A stretch of DNA of 63,466 nt, counting the filler, from Saprolegnia diclina VS20 (Eukaryota), in NCBI RefSeq assembly GCF_000281045.1. It is 4 parts of one record of this genome, joined end to end, with 100 filler letters (N's around TTAATTAATTAA, not from the genome) between each part and the next. Parts side by side here need not be neighbours in the genome. Positions count along the whole stretch, not along the records: positions 1 to 14,665 come from NW_008246132.1; 3 more parts are not named here. One strand, 5' to 3'. Position numbers and translations under genes: made by a program. How positions within the stretch are numbered: the stretch's first letter is position 1; each line of letters starts with the position of its first letter. The notes beneath the pieces were generated by a model. That model was not told the origin of the DNA, searched no databases, and worked only from the letters and a program-made list of their open reading frames with translations. Of this stretch, positions 1-9,588 are shown one piece after another.

Positions 1-560
1 GTCGCGCCCTTGACGTCGCCGCAGCCCTTCTTGCGGCAGATGCAGCAGCCCACTGCCTCGTAGCCTTCCTTGCACTTGGGGTAGCAGAGCGCACCGTACG
101 CCTCCTCGCCGGGCAGACACTGGTTCTCGACGGCAATGCCGACGCCGCGCCCGACACCTTGGCGGCGGCACACGACAGGCTCCGCGTCAAACACGCTCGT
201 GGCCTGGCTCAAGATCGACTGCACTTGGTTCACGATGGCGGTGCCGTCCTTGGCGTTGGCGCCGCTCTTGATGACTTTTCGGATCGAGTTGACGAGGCCT
301 GGGCCGTCCGTGGCAGCGAGTTGGCCGACCTTCATGGCCTGCTGGATGTTCTTGATGAGGTTCTCGCCGTTCTCGGACGTCACACCGTCCTTGGCAATGC
401 TCTGGAGGTCGAACGCGATGCTGCCGCTCCAAGCGGTGTCGGCGAGATCGCGACCACCCGGCTGCACCTCGAGGCCGCGCACGTAGTGGACGACACCACT
501 GTCCGTGCCGGCAACAAAAGACAAGAGCGCGCAGAGCGCCGCCATACCGAGAAGCTTCAT
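1..560 (-). CDS. Secreted Cys-rich protein (GRGVG/CYPKC repeat family), copy A, 3' part runs off the window
   Basis: Reverse complement of 1590-2149; signal peptide MKLLGMAALCALLSFVAG; paralog of 8281-9588. Confidence 0.8.
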   Translation of the reverse strand, partial: MKLLGMAALCALLSFVAGTDSGVVHYVRGLEVQPGGRDLADTAWSGSIAFDLQSIAKDGVTSENGENLIKNIQQAMKVGQLAATDGPGLVNSIRKVIKSGANAKDGTAIVNQVQSILSQATSVFDAEPVVCRRQGVGRGVGIAVENQCLPGEEAYGALCYPKCKEGYEAVGCCICRKKGCGDVKGA

Positions 561-1569
561 CAGAGCAGATTGAAAAATGAGATCACGCATTCGACACCAC
601 TCGACGCATTGCCGTCGGCCATGTAAAGTGCACACGTAGCCTACGGTGGGGCAACGATGCAATCCACGATCTATTGAGGCCGATCTCGTCGGTATCAGAG
701 ATTGCCGACTAGATACTGCGCGACGTATCTTGTCGATGGCTAGTCTTTCTGGCTCACTGCAAGCTCTTCAGTGATCATGTCTCTGAAATCGAGTGTTGAG
801 AGCCGACATTCTTCCTTCAACTAGCTACTAACCTACGTTGTCATCGTTGCTGTTGAGCTTTGGAGACAAAGCAGCTTACCGACGCTACGTACGAGCAACG
901 CATTCTTTCCGATGATTTTACTTGGTCCTACTATGCACCAAGTGTCCAAGGTAAAAGGCGTGGCTAACTCAAGAGAAGCTTTCCTCGATATTTAGCCGAC
1001 TGTCGGTCAAGAGAGACGAGGTTTCGGATATGTCGAGCTCATACCCGGTACGTGTCACCAAATCAAAATGTTACATCCTTCGGGATGCACCATGATTCGG
1101 GATACACCATGAGAAGTTGCTAGAAGGTGACATATATGCTTGAGCAGTCGACATTGCATGGTTAGCATCGTTCTGATCCGGAGTAGCCAGAGTTTTTACC
1201 TTGGACACTTGGTGCATAGTAGGACCAAGTAAAATCATCGGAAAGAATGCGTTGCTCGTACGTAGCGTCGGTAAGCTGCTTTGTCTCCAAAGCTCAACAG
1301 CAACGATGACAACGTAGGTTAGTAGCTAGTTGAAGGAAGAATGTCGGCTCTCAACACTCGATTTCAGAGACATGATCACTGAAGAGCTTGCAGTGAGCCA
1401 GAAAGACTAGCCATCGACAAGATACGTCGCGCAGTATCTAGTCGGCAATCTCTGATACCGACGAGATCGGCCTCAATAGATCGTGGATTGCATCGTTGCC
1501 CCACCGTAGGCTACGTGTGCACTTTACATGGCCGACGGCAATGCGTCGAGTGGTGTCGAATGCGTGATC

Positions 1570-1583
1570 TCATTTTTCAATCT
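1570..1583 (+). promoter_or_regulatory. Oomycete Inr-FPR core promoter of Cys-rich copy B
   Basis: TCATTTTTCAATCT immediately upstream of ATG 1590; the paralog at 9588 has TCACTTTTCAATCTT in the equivalent position. Confidence 0.65.
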
Positions 1584-1589
1584 GCTCTG

Positions 1590-2149
1590 ATGAAGCTTCT
1601 CGGTATGGCGGCGCTCTGCGCGCTCTTGTCTTTTGTTGCCGGCACGGACAGTGGTGTCGTCCACTACGTGCGCGGCCTCGAGGTGCAGCCGGGTGGTCGC
1701 GATCTCGCCGACACCGCTTGGAGCGGCAGCATCGCGTTCGACCTCCAGAGCATTGCCAAGGACGGTGTGACGTCCGAGAACGGCGAGAACCTCATCAAGA
1801 ACATCCAGCAGGCCATGAAGGTCGGCCAACTCGCTGCCACGGACGGCCCAGGCCTCGTCAACTCGATCCGAAAAGTCATCAAGAGCGGCGCCAACGCCAA
1901 GGACGGCACCGCCATCGTGAACCAAGTGCAGTCGATCTTGAGCCAGGCCACGAGCGTGTTTGACGCGGAGCCTGTCGTGTGCCGCCGCCAAGGTGTCGGG
2001 CGCGGCGTCGGCATTGCCGTCGAGAACCAGTGTCTGCCCGGCGAGGAGGCGTACGGTGCGCTCTGCTACCCCAAGTGCAAGGAAGGCTACGAGGCAGTGG
2101 GCTGCTGCATCTGCCGCAAGAAGGGCTGCGGCGACGTCAAGGGCGCGAC
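1590..2149 (+). CDS. Secreted Cys-rich protein, copy B, 5' part (truncated by N gap)
   Basis: Signal peptide, then GVGRGVG...LCYPKCKEGYEAVGCCICRKKGC, closely matching 8281-9588. Confidence 0.85.
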
Positions 2150-2654
2150 NNNNNNNNNNNNNNNNNNNNNNNNNNNNNNNNNNNNNNNNNNNNNNNNNNN
2201 NNNNNNNNNNNNNNNNNNNNNNNNNNNNNNNNNNNNNNNNNNNNNNNNNNNNNNNNNNNNNNNNNNNNNNNNNNNNNNNNNNNNNNNNNNNNNNNNNNNN
2301 NNNNNNNNNNNNNNNNNNNNNNNNNNNNNNNNNNNNNNNNNNNNNNNNNNNNNNNNNNNNNNNNNNNNNNNNNNNNNNNNNNNNNNNNNNNNNNNNNNNN
2401 NNNNNNNNNNNNNNNNNNNNNNNNNNNNNNNNNNNNNNNNNNNNNNNNNNNNNNNNNNNNNNNNNNNNNNNNNNNNNNNNNNNNNNNNNNNNNNNNNNNN
2501 NNNNNNNNNNNNNNNNNNNNNNNNNNNNNNNNNNNNNNNNNNNNNNNNNNNNNNNNNNNNNNNNNNNNNNNNNNNNNNNNNCTGCTGAAGGTTGATGGCT
2601 GATGGCGTTGGCGGTGGCGTTGGCGGTGGCGGTGGCGGCGGCGGCTGGCTGATT

Positions 2655-2738
2655 TGTGCTCTGTGCTCTGTGCTCTGTGCTCTGTGCTCTGTGCTCTGTG
2701 CTCTGTGCTCTTTGCTTTGTGCTCTGTGTTCGGTGCTC
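2655..2738 (+). repeat. 7-bp tandem repeat (TGTGCTC)n, preceded by a GGY-rich tract
   Basis: Directly visible; gives rise to the low-complexity ORFs 2087..2740- and 2592..2930+. Confidence 0.85.
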
Positions 2739-3124
2739 ATGTCGGTTCTGTGTTGGATCTGGGATTGGTCCTATGTCTTTGGTAGTGTAGTATGTGGCAT
2801 TGGTCGCATACTGTTTCCAGGTAAAACCTCACCGCGACGGCGACGGACGAGGTATCGCAAGACGACATTTTCAGACCTACTAGCGCAGTTTGTGGACCTC
2901 CTGGCGCCGTTCTTCGATTCGCTGGAGTAGTCTTGACTCAATGTACAGGCGTACACATTTGAGCCATTGCTATTCGTGCGTGTGTCAGATAGCTGTGTCA
3001 GATGTGATATCATCGTGCCAGATTGCATCTTGCTGGCTCGTTGCTTTTCACGCGGACGGGTCTATGTTCTATTTTTCACACATACAAAGAAGAGGTTTCC
3101 GAGCTCGACGCACGCGTGTTTTCC

Positions 3125-3559
3125 TGGTACCCGAAATGCAAGGCCGGGTTCCACAACGTTGGCTGCTGCATTTGCTCGCCCGATTGCCCCGAGGGGTTCC
3201 GTGACGACGGTGCGTTCTGCGCCAAGGACAGCTACGGCCGTGGCGTCGGTGTCTCGCGCCTCGGGTGCCCCAAGCATCTGGAGAAGAGCGGCCTCTTCTG
3301 CTACCCGCCGTGCGCTGCCAACCAAGTCGGCGTCGGTCCCGTGTGCTGGCCGCAGTGTGTGAACCCCGCTGGCACCGACTGCGGCCTCTTCTGCACATCC
3401 AGCGTCGCCACGTGCGTCAACACCGTCGTCGACATTGTCGGCCAAACGGCCAAGGTGACGCTCAGCTTGGTGGCCGAAGACTACACTGGCGCGATCATGA
3501 CCGCAGTCCAGACGGGCGGCAAGTACATCTACATCAGCTTGAACGCGTGCCCCAAGTAA
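3125..3559 (+). pseudogene. C-terminal fragment of the secreted Cys-rich family (probably the 3' end of copy B, interrupted or mis-assembled)
   Basis: WYPKCKAGFHNVGCCICSPDCPEG...GVGPVCWPQC...CPK* is nearly identical to the C-terminus of 8281-9588; similarity starts abruptly at 3125. Confidence 0.65.
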
Positions 3560-3942
3560 CTGCATCGTGCTGTCGCTCATCTTGCATTGTTGTCGACGTA
3601 GCGGGTTGACATGCATGTTCATAAGGATCCGGAAGACATGGTACATTCATTTCGGATTGGTCCTATGTCTTGTCAGGCGGTGTATTACCGGGATTACCAC
3701 TATGGGTTTTTCTTTTTCTATGTGGTCCATCGTCAAGCTACTTGATCGACCAGCAGCGTCCGCGGTCGTGAGCCAGACCCGTGTTGCGGAGTTCCACTTG
3801 GCGTACCAAGCTCCTTCTTCTTCTTGCCTACGCATACGAGGGNNNNNNNNNNNNNNNNNNNNNNNNNNNNNNNNNNNNNNNNNNNNNNNNNNNNNNNNNN
3901 NNNNNNNNNNNNNNNNNNNNNNNNNNNNNNNNNNNNNNNNNN

Positions 3943-6138
3943 CTGCACGGCGGGCGGCGCGCGTTCGAGGGCAAGACCTCTGCGCAGGTGTGCTTCGACT
4001 ACGTTGTCCCGACCACGTCAACCTCGGAAGCGTCGCTCGTCGAGCACGTGCGTCTCCACACGTCCGACGCGGCGTACGTGCAGCCCGCGACGTGGTACAT
4101 TAGCCACGCGTGGGGCTACATCTTCCTCGAGACGCTCGAGAGCCTCGAGTCCTTCTTCCGCGAGCGCTCCATTCACGACCCGGTCGTGTGGTTTTGCGTC
4201 TTCAACAACAACCAGCACCGCGCGAGCGAGCACCCGTTTGCGTGGTGGCAGTCGACGTTCCAAGAGTCGCTCGCGGCCATCGGCAACGTCGTCATGATCA
4301 TGCACCCGTGGAAGAACCCGATCACGCTCACGCGCTCGTGGTGCATCTTTGAGGTCTACGTCACGATTTCGGTCGGCGCCAACTTTGACGTGGCCCTCGC
4401 GCCCAACCAAGTAGCGCAGTTCGTTGACGATATCCTTTTGGACATCAGCGCCTTCTACAACATGCTCGCAACCGTGAGCAGCGAGGCGGCGCAGGCCACG
4501 GTGCCAACCGACAAGACCAACATTGATCGCGTCATCACGAGCACGGTCGGGTTTACGGGCCTCGACCGCATGGTGCTCGAGACGTTTGAAGCGTGGATGA
4601 AGCGCGCGATCCGCGGGCGCATCGCGGTGGCATCGACGGCGCTCGAGAAGGCGCGGCTCTTCAAGGCCCTCGCTGAGTTTGTGTCGCTCAACGGCGCGTT
4701 CGTCGAAGGCGAGGCGCTCGGCACGGAAGCGCTGGCTCTGTATCTCGAGGCTCTCGGGCCCGAGGATCCTGCGACCTTGTACATGCAAGGGCTCCTCGCC
4801 ATGTTCCAGGGCCACCAGTACAAACCGCGCGATCTCTGGGAACCCACGCTTGTCGACGTGATTCGCCGGCTCACGGAGACTGTGGGGCCAATGCACGAAG
4901 ATACGCTCAACTGTATGTCACATCTTGGCATGCTGTACGCAGAAGTGCTCAACCAGACGGACGAAGGACTCGAACTGCTCGGCGAGACCCTCGCGCGGAT
5001 GCTCGAGGTGTACGGACCGGACCACCCGCGCACGATCGACACGCGGTTCATGCACACGCTCTTTGAGACGCCTACGATGGAGTACGACGACGCTGTGAAC
5101 GCCGTGACGGCGTGCAACGTCGAGGTGCAGCGCGTCATGGGCAAGAACCACCCGACGGCGCTGGCGGGCGCCAACTTTCTCTCGCTCCTCAACACGCGCA
5201 TCGGCGGCTCGCGCAGCAACCTGCTCGCCATCGACATTAGCATCGCCGACCGCCACGAGCGTATCTTTGGTCGGGACCACCAAAACACCCACATGAGTCT
5301 CATCAACCTCGCAACGACGTGTCTCGAGCAAGGCGACTATGACCAAGCGTTAGCCCTTGTCGCACCCATCGTTGCCGATGTCGATGGACCGCTCGATGGC
5401 ACGCGGCTCTTGCCCCGCGCAATGGGTACGACAACATATTCCCGCTCTCGTAATAACACTCGATGTGTACTAGCCCACCAGGTAATGGCGCAGGCCTATG
5501 ACAAGATTGGCGAGTGCGCGCTGGCAGTCGACGCGTGGGAGGCCGCGATCGACGGGTTCCTGCAGACCGACGCCAAGGACCAGCTCCCAGCGTGCGTCTG
5601 GAACCTCTACTGGGCACGCCACACGGGCGACCTCTGGCCAACTCTAGCTTGCATTGAGTCGCTCCTGGCCAACTTTGAGCGAACGGAGCTGCTCACCGAA
5701 GGCTGGGGCTTGACGACGTGCTTGGCGTGCGAGCTACCGATGCTCGAGGGCATCACGTACATTTGCCCTGGCTGCACGATCAACCTCGGCGTGGTCTGCG
5801 CGACCTGCCACGAGATGGTGCCCGAGTGTCTCGACTGCGAGCGCTCCGTGCTCTTGCCCGCCGAGCCACCGGCCCGAGCGCTCCTAAAGAAGCGCGTACA
5901 ATGGCTCACAAACCATGGACCCTCGGACGCCCTGCGCGCTGCCGTCGACGCGCTCGCCGAGTACTGTTATCGGTGGCACTTGCCACTCGAGGGCCCAGCG
6001 CCGCAACCATCACCGACACCTTCCACGCCACCAAGTGACGCCACCGATGCGGCGCATCAACCCACCGTTGCGTGGCTTTGTTGCTGGCGACAATGGCCCA
6101 GACACCAAAAAGCGACTATAACCAAGTCGAATAGATAG
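3943..6138 (+). CDS. TIR/HET-like domain + kinesin-light-chain-type TPR repeats + C-terminal Cys-rich Zn-finger-like region (5' end in gap)
   Basis: Motifs ISHAW, WFCVFNNNQH, LTRSWCIFE; TPR-like units (LGPEDPATL, YGPDHPRT, MGKNHPTAL, FGRDHQNT); CxxC clusters near the end; possible in-frame intron 5426-5473. Confidence 0.8.
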   Translation: MHGGRRAFEGKTSAQVCFDYVVPTTSTSEASLVEHVRLHTSDAAYVQPATWYISHAWGYIFLETLESLESFFRERSIHDPVVWFCVFNNNQHRASEHPFAWWQSTFQESLAAIGNVVMIMHPWKNPITLTRSWCIFEVYVTISVGANFDVALAPNQVAQFVDDILLDISAFYNMLATVSSEAAQATVPTDKTNIDRVITSTVGFTGLDRMVLETFEAWMKRAIRGRIAVASTALEKARLFKALAEFVSLNGAFVEGEALGTEALALYLEALGPEDPATLYMQGLLAMFQGHQYKPRDLWEPTLVDVIRRLTETVGPMHEDTLNCMSHLGMLYAEVLNQTDEGLELLGETLARMLEVYGPDHPRTIDTRFMHTLFETPTMEYDDAVNAVTACNVEVQRVMGKNHPTALAGANFLSLLNTRIGGSRSNLLAIDISIADRHERIFGRDHQNTHMSLINLATTCLEQGDYDQALALVAPIVADVDGPLDGTRLLPRAMGTTTYSRSRNNTRCVLAHQVMAQAYDKIGECALAVDAWEAAIDGFLQTDAKDQLPACVWNLYWARHTGDLWPTLACIESLLANFERTELLTEGWGLTTCLACELPMLEGITYICPGCTINLGVVCATCHEMVPECLDCERSVLLPAEPPARALLKKRVQWLTNHGPSDALRAAVDALAEYCYRWHLPLEGPAPQPSPTPSTPPSDATDAAHQPTVAWLCCWRQWPRHQKATITKSNR

Positions 6139-6160
6139 CTGTGAGATTAGCAGATGCCTT

Positions 6161-6493
6161 CTAGTCGATTGATAGAAGCCCGGTTTTCCAAAGGTAGAGC
6201 GCGCGGCCGATGCACCAGCGTGCCATGCGTAGGAAGAGCCGGCTCGCAAAGCCGGTGAGGAGACCCGAGAGGATCGCGCCGAGGACCGTCGTAAGCGTCC
6301 AGCCATTCGGCGTCGCCAGTGCCGCTGTTGTCGTCGAGGCATTGGTCCCAAAGGCATCGGGCGGGTCGAAGCGCGCCGGGTGGAGCTCTCGCCACTGCTT
6401 GACGTCGTCAAGGAGGGTCGAGAGCTGCGCGTCGGCGTCCGAGGCAAGCGTGACGGTGGCGACGAGGGCGAGCAGGGGCCAGTAGCGCTGCAT
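6161..6493 (-). CDS. Small protein with signal peptide and one TM helix (110 aa), unknown function
   Basis: Signal-like MQRYWPLLALVATVTLA; hydrophobic WTLTTVLGAILSGLLTGFA followed by basic residues. Confidence 0.55.
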   Translation of the reverse strand: MQRYWPLLALVATVTLASDADAQLSTLLDDVKQWRELHPARFDPPDAFGTNASTTTAALATPNGWTLTTVLGAILSGLLTGFASRLFLRMARWCIGRALYLWKTGLLSID

Positions 6494-8280
6494 TGGTCGG
6501 CACGACTAATATTGCAAAGTGGCTCCGTTCGTCAGCGGTCGACGCCCAGAAATCAAGGTGTAGCTTGACCTTTGTATGCAATACAGGGTGCAAGGTATTT
6601 GCCATCCAGGTATACTTGAAGTTGGCGCTCTGAGACGAGGAAGGTGTCGACCAGTCGGCGGCGCGGCCTCGGAGCGCCACACCGATCGAGTGGCGCGCAA
6701 GCTCCTTTGCTAGTTCTAAAGTACTAGAAATCGTATACGGACTAGACGCGAACCAACCTGGATGGCGCACTTCCGGCAGCTCGAAAGGAGCAGACGGCGC
6801 GGTGCAGCGCCACGTGCACGCAGTAGTACCGTGATGAAGGTCGCGTGTCCGCCACAATACAGCGTATCTGCAGTGTTCGGTCCTGTTCGGACCCTGGCGC
6901 TTTTGTTCAGAAAAATGAATTCTGAAAACGACCAGGCGGATGATGCTAGTTGTCCAATCGCACGCCACTGCGCGACAGTAGTAGCTTGCAGTCATCGTCG
7001 AGAACACAAGACTCTGCCGTCGCCTCCAGAATGCTTGATCGACTTGCAGTCACGAGAGGTGTTTGCGTCAGGGGAACGTACAAATATTGCGAAGCCGTCG
7101 CCAAAAGCAATCTCGGATGATGTTGAAACATGTGGTGTCAAGCACCCACGGCGACCCGATAAGCTGGTTGAACTTCAAGGTGGCGCGCCGGGTTGCAAGC
7201 GTGGACTGTGCAAGCGCTCGCTAAATAGACCGGCATCAACTACTCATGCTTACCCAGCCTCGAGTGTATGAGTAGTCGATTGGAATGTTAGGAAACCGCG
7301 ATGCGCCGCGAAAGTAAGGTCGGTGACGACCGCGAGGACGCACCAAGGCGATGGCACCACGTGGTGATTGCGTCAGGAGCGAGATCGCGCGCTCCGTCGT
7401 TGCGAGCACGAACAGGACACATCGAGAGGTAGGCTGTGGTTTTGCATGCTTTTCAACGGATGTGTTGTCGCGCGCAAGTCAACGCATGGACGTTATCGTT
7501 GATCACCGACTGCACTGTGGTGCTGTCCATGCTGCGGATCTACCGGTACTGCAGCAACGCTCGTCTGTGCGCCGATGCCGGTCAGCATCCTTGCAGGCGC
7601 GGACGAGCAAGATCAACGCTGCCATACCACGGCCGTTGGCGATGTGTCGATTCTATACTAGCACGTGAAGTACGTACCCCGTGAAGAAGACGTGGATATG
7701 GCGTGTGGCCGGTCCATACTTCGCCACGAGTCCAGCAAGGCGGCGGACGACGAGGCATCGCGGTTTCTATTGTAGCATGTACTAGTACCAAAATCAAGAG
7801 GCTCGCCAATGAACATCGATGCAACGTGGATTGCCCGCGGACTCTGTTTCCGCCGTGCTAACGACGAGTGCTCCATGGGTACGAAAGAAGTAGAATGTGA
7901 TTAGGAGCTTGTATGTAACTCTCAACTTCCTTCTAAAAGCAGGTCTTGGTGGCAGTGTAAGCTTCTTTGATCTTAGCACTAAGACTAAGATCTAAGCTTA
8001 CACCCGAACTTATTGAATCTGGACTAGATGCATACGGGGTCTTAAAAACTAATTACGTCTGTACTACTAGGTAGATGCACACGGGGTCATACGGGAAGTA
8101 AAGCCAATACCAAAGTCATGCATGGCATAGCTACAATAGAAATACATTGACGTGTTGATGCTGCATCTCAACAAACAACGCCAAACAAATCAAATGATTT
8201 CACTCGTTTCAACCCGTTTAAAGTCAATGGGTGGACAAAACGACAAGATTGTCATCGATAACTCGAACGATGATTGGCTT

Positions 8281-9588
8281 CTACTTGGGGCACTTGTCCA
8301 AGCTGATGTACTTGCCGCCCGTCTGGACCGCGGTCTTGATCGCGCCAGTGTAGTCTTGGGCCACCAAGCTGAGCGTCACCTTGGCCGTTTGGCCGACAAT
8401 GTCGACGACGGTGTTGACGCACGTGGCGACGCTGGACGTGCAGAAGAGGCCGCAGTCGGTGCCAGCGGGGTTCACACACTGAGGCCAGCACACGGGACCG
8501 ACGCCGACTTGGTTGGCAGCGCACGGCGGGTAGCAGAGAAGACCGCTCTTCTCCAGATGCTTGGGGCATCCGAGGCGCGAGACACCGACGCCACGGCCGT
8601 AGTGGTCCTTGCGGCAGAACGCACCGTCGTCATGGAACCCCTCGGGGCAATCGGGCGAGCAAATACAGCAGCCAACGTTGTGGAAGCCCTTGTCGCATTT
8701 CGGGTACCACATGGCCCCGTTCTTCTCGCAGCCCTGGCCGTTCTCACGCTTGCACTTGTCTTCGTTCCAGATCGCGTAGCCCGAGCCACGACCGTAGGCG
8801 GACGGCTTGGCGCACGAGACACCAATATCGGTCGCGCCCTTGACGCCACCACAGCCCTTCTTGCGGCAGATGCAGCAGCCCACCGACTCGTAGCCTTCCT
8901 TGCACTTGGGGTAGCAGAGCGCACCCCAGGCCTCCTCACCGGGCAGACACTGGTTCTCGAGAACCGTGCCGACGCCACGCCCGACACCTTGGCGACGGCA
9001 CACGACGGGCTCAGGATCAAAGACACCCGTGACCTTGCTCAAGATCGACTGCACTTGGTCGACGATAGCAGCACCGTCCTTGACGTTGGCACCGTTCTTG
9101 ATGATGTCTTGGATCGAGTTGATGAGGCCCGGGCCGTCCGAGGCAGCGATTTGGCCAAGCTCCATGGCGATCTTGATGTTCTTCATGAGGCTGTCGCCGT
9201 TCTCGGACGTCAGACCGTCCTTGGAAATGCTCTGGAGGTCGAGCGCGATGCTTTGGTTGCCCGTGAAGGCGCTGCCGGCGCTCGGCCCCGTCGCCGTTGT
9301 CCAGATGCGCTGGATGTCATCAGCTGAGATAGGGCTCTTGGCTTGCTGGATGTGCTGGATCACCCGCGCCGTCGCGTTCTGCGAGAGGCCGTTGAGCGCA
9401 ATCTCGCGAAAGTCCTTGGCAATGTCATCGTTGATGCCTTGCAACGGCGGCAAGGTCACGGCAACTTCAGCGAGGTCGCGGTCGCCGGGCAGCACCTCGA
9501 GGCCGCGCACGTAGTGGACAACACCACTGTCGTCGCCGGCAACAAGAGCCACAAGCGCGCAGAGCGCCGCCGTAAGGAGTAGCTTCAT
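8281..9588 (-). CDS. Secreted Cys-rich protein, full-length copy C (435 aa)
   Basis: Intronless ORF from MKLLLTAALCALVALVAG; three GRG[VS]G...[CW]YP[KP]C modules; Inr-FPR just upstream. Confidence 0.9.
   Translation of the reverse strand: MKLLLTAALCALVALVAGDDSGVVHYVRGLEVLPGDRDLAEVAVTLPPLQGINDDIAKDFREIALNGLSQNATARVIQHIQQAKSPISADDIQRIWTTATGPSAGSAFTGNQSIALDLQSISKDGLTSENGDSLMKNIKIAMELGQIAASDGPGLINSIQDIIKNGANVKDGAAIVDQVQSILSKVTGVFDPEPVVCRRQGVGRGVGTVLENQCLPGEEAWGALCYPKCKEGYESVGCCICRKKGCGGVKGATDIGVSCAKPSAYGRGSGYAIWNEDKCKRENGQGCEKNGAMWYPKCDKGFHNVGCCICSPDCPEGFHDDGAFCRKDHYGRGVGVSRLGCPKHLEKSGLLCYPPCAANQVGVGPVCWPQCVNPAGTDCGLFCTSSVATCVNTVVDIVGQTAKVTLSLVAQDYTGAIKTAVQTGGKYISLDKCPK

Larger units (their letters stand above)
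1..2149. repeat. Large inverted repeat: arms 1-956 and 1194-2149, 237-bp spacer
   Basis: Position i pairs with 2150-i. Mirrored ORFs are identical (136..486+ = 1664..2014-; 159..626+ = 1524..1991-). Identity breaks at 957/1193. Confidence 0.97.

Noticed and set aside
2087..2930. ORFs with HRAQSTE / LCALCSV repeats
   Set aside because: Translations of a 7-bp satellite and of N gaps, with no independent coding evidence.
8152..9327. Long antisense ORFs (also 4018-4896, 21735-22757, 41079-42755, 54236-56602)
   Set aside because: Shadows of GC3-rich genes on the opposite strand.
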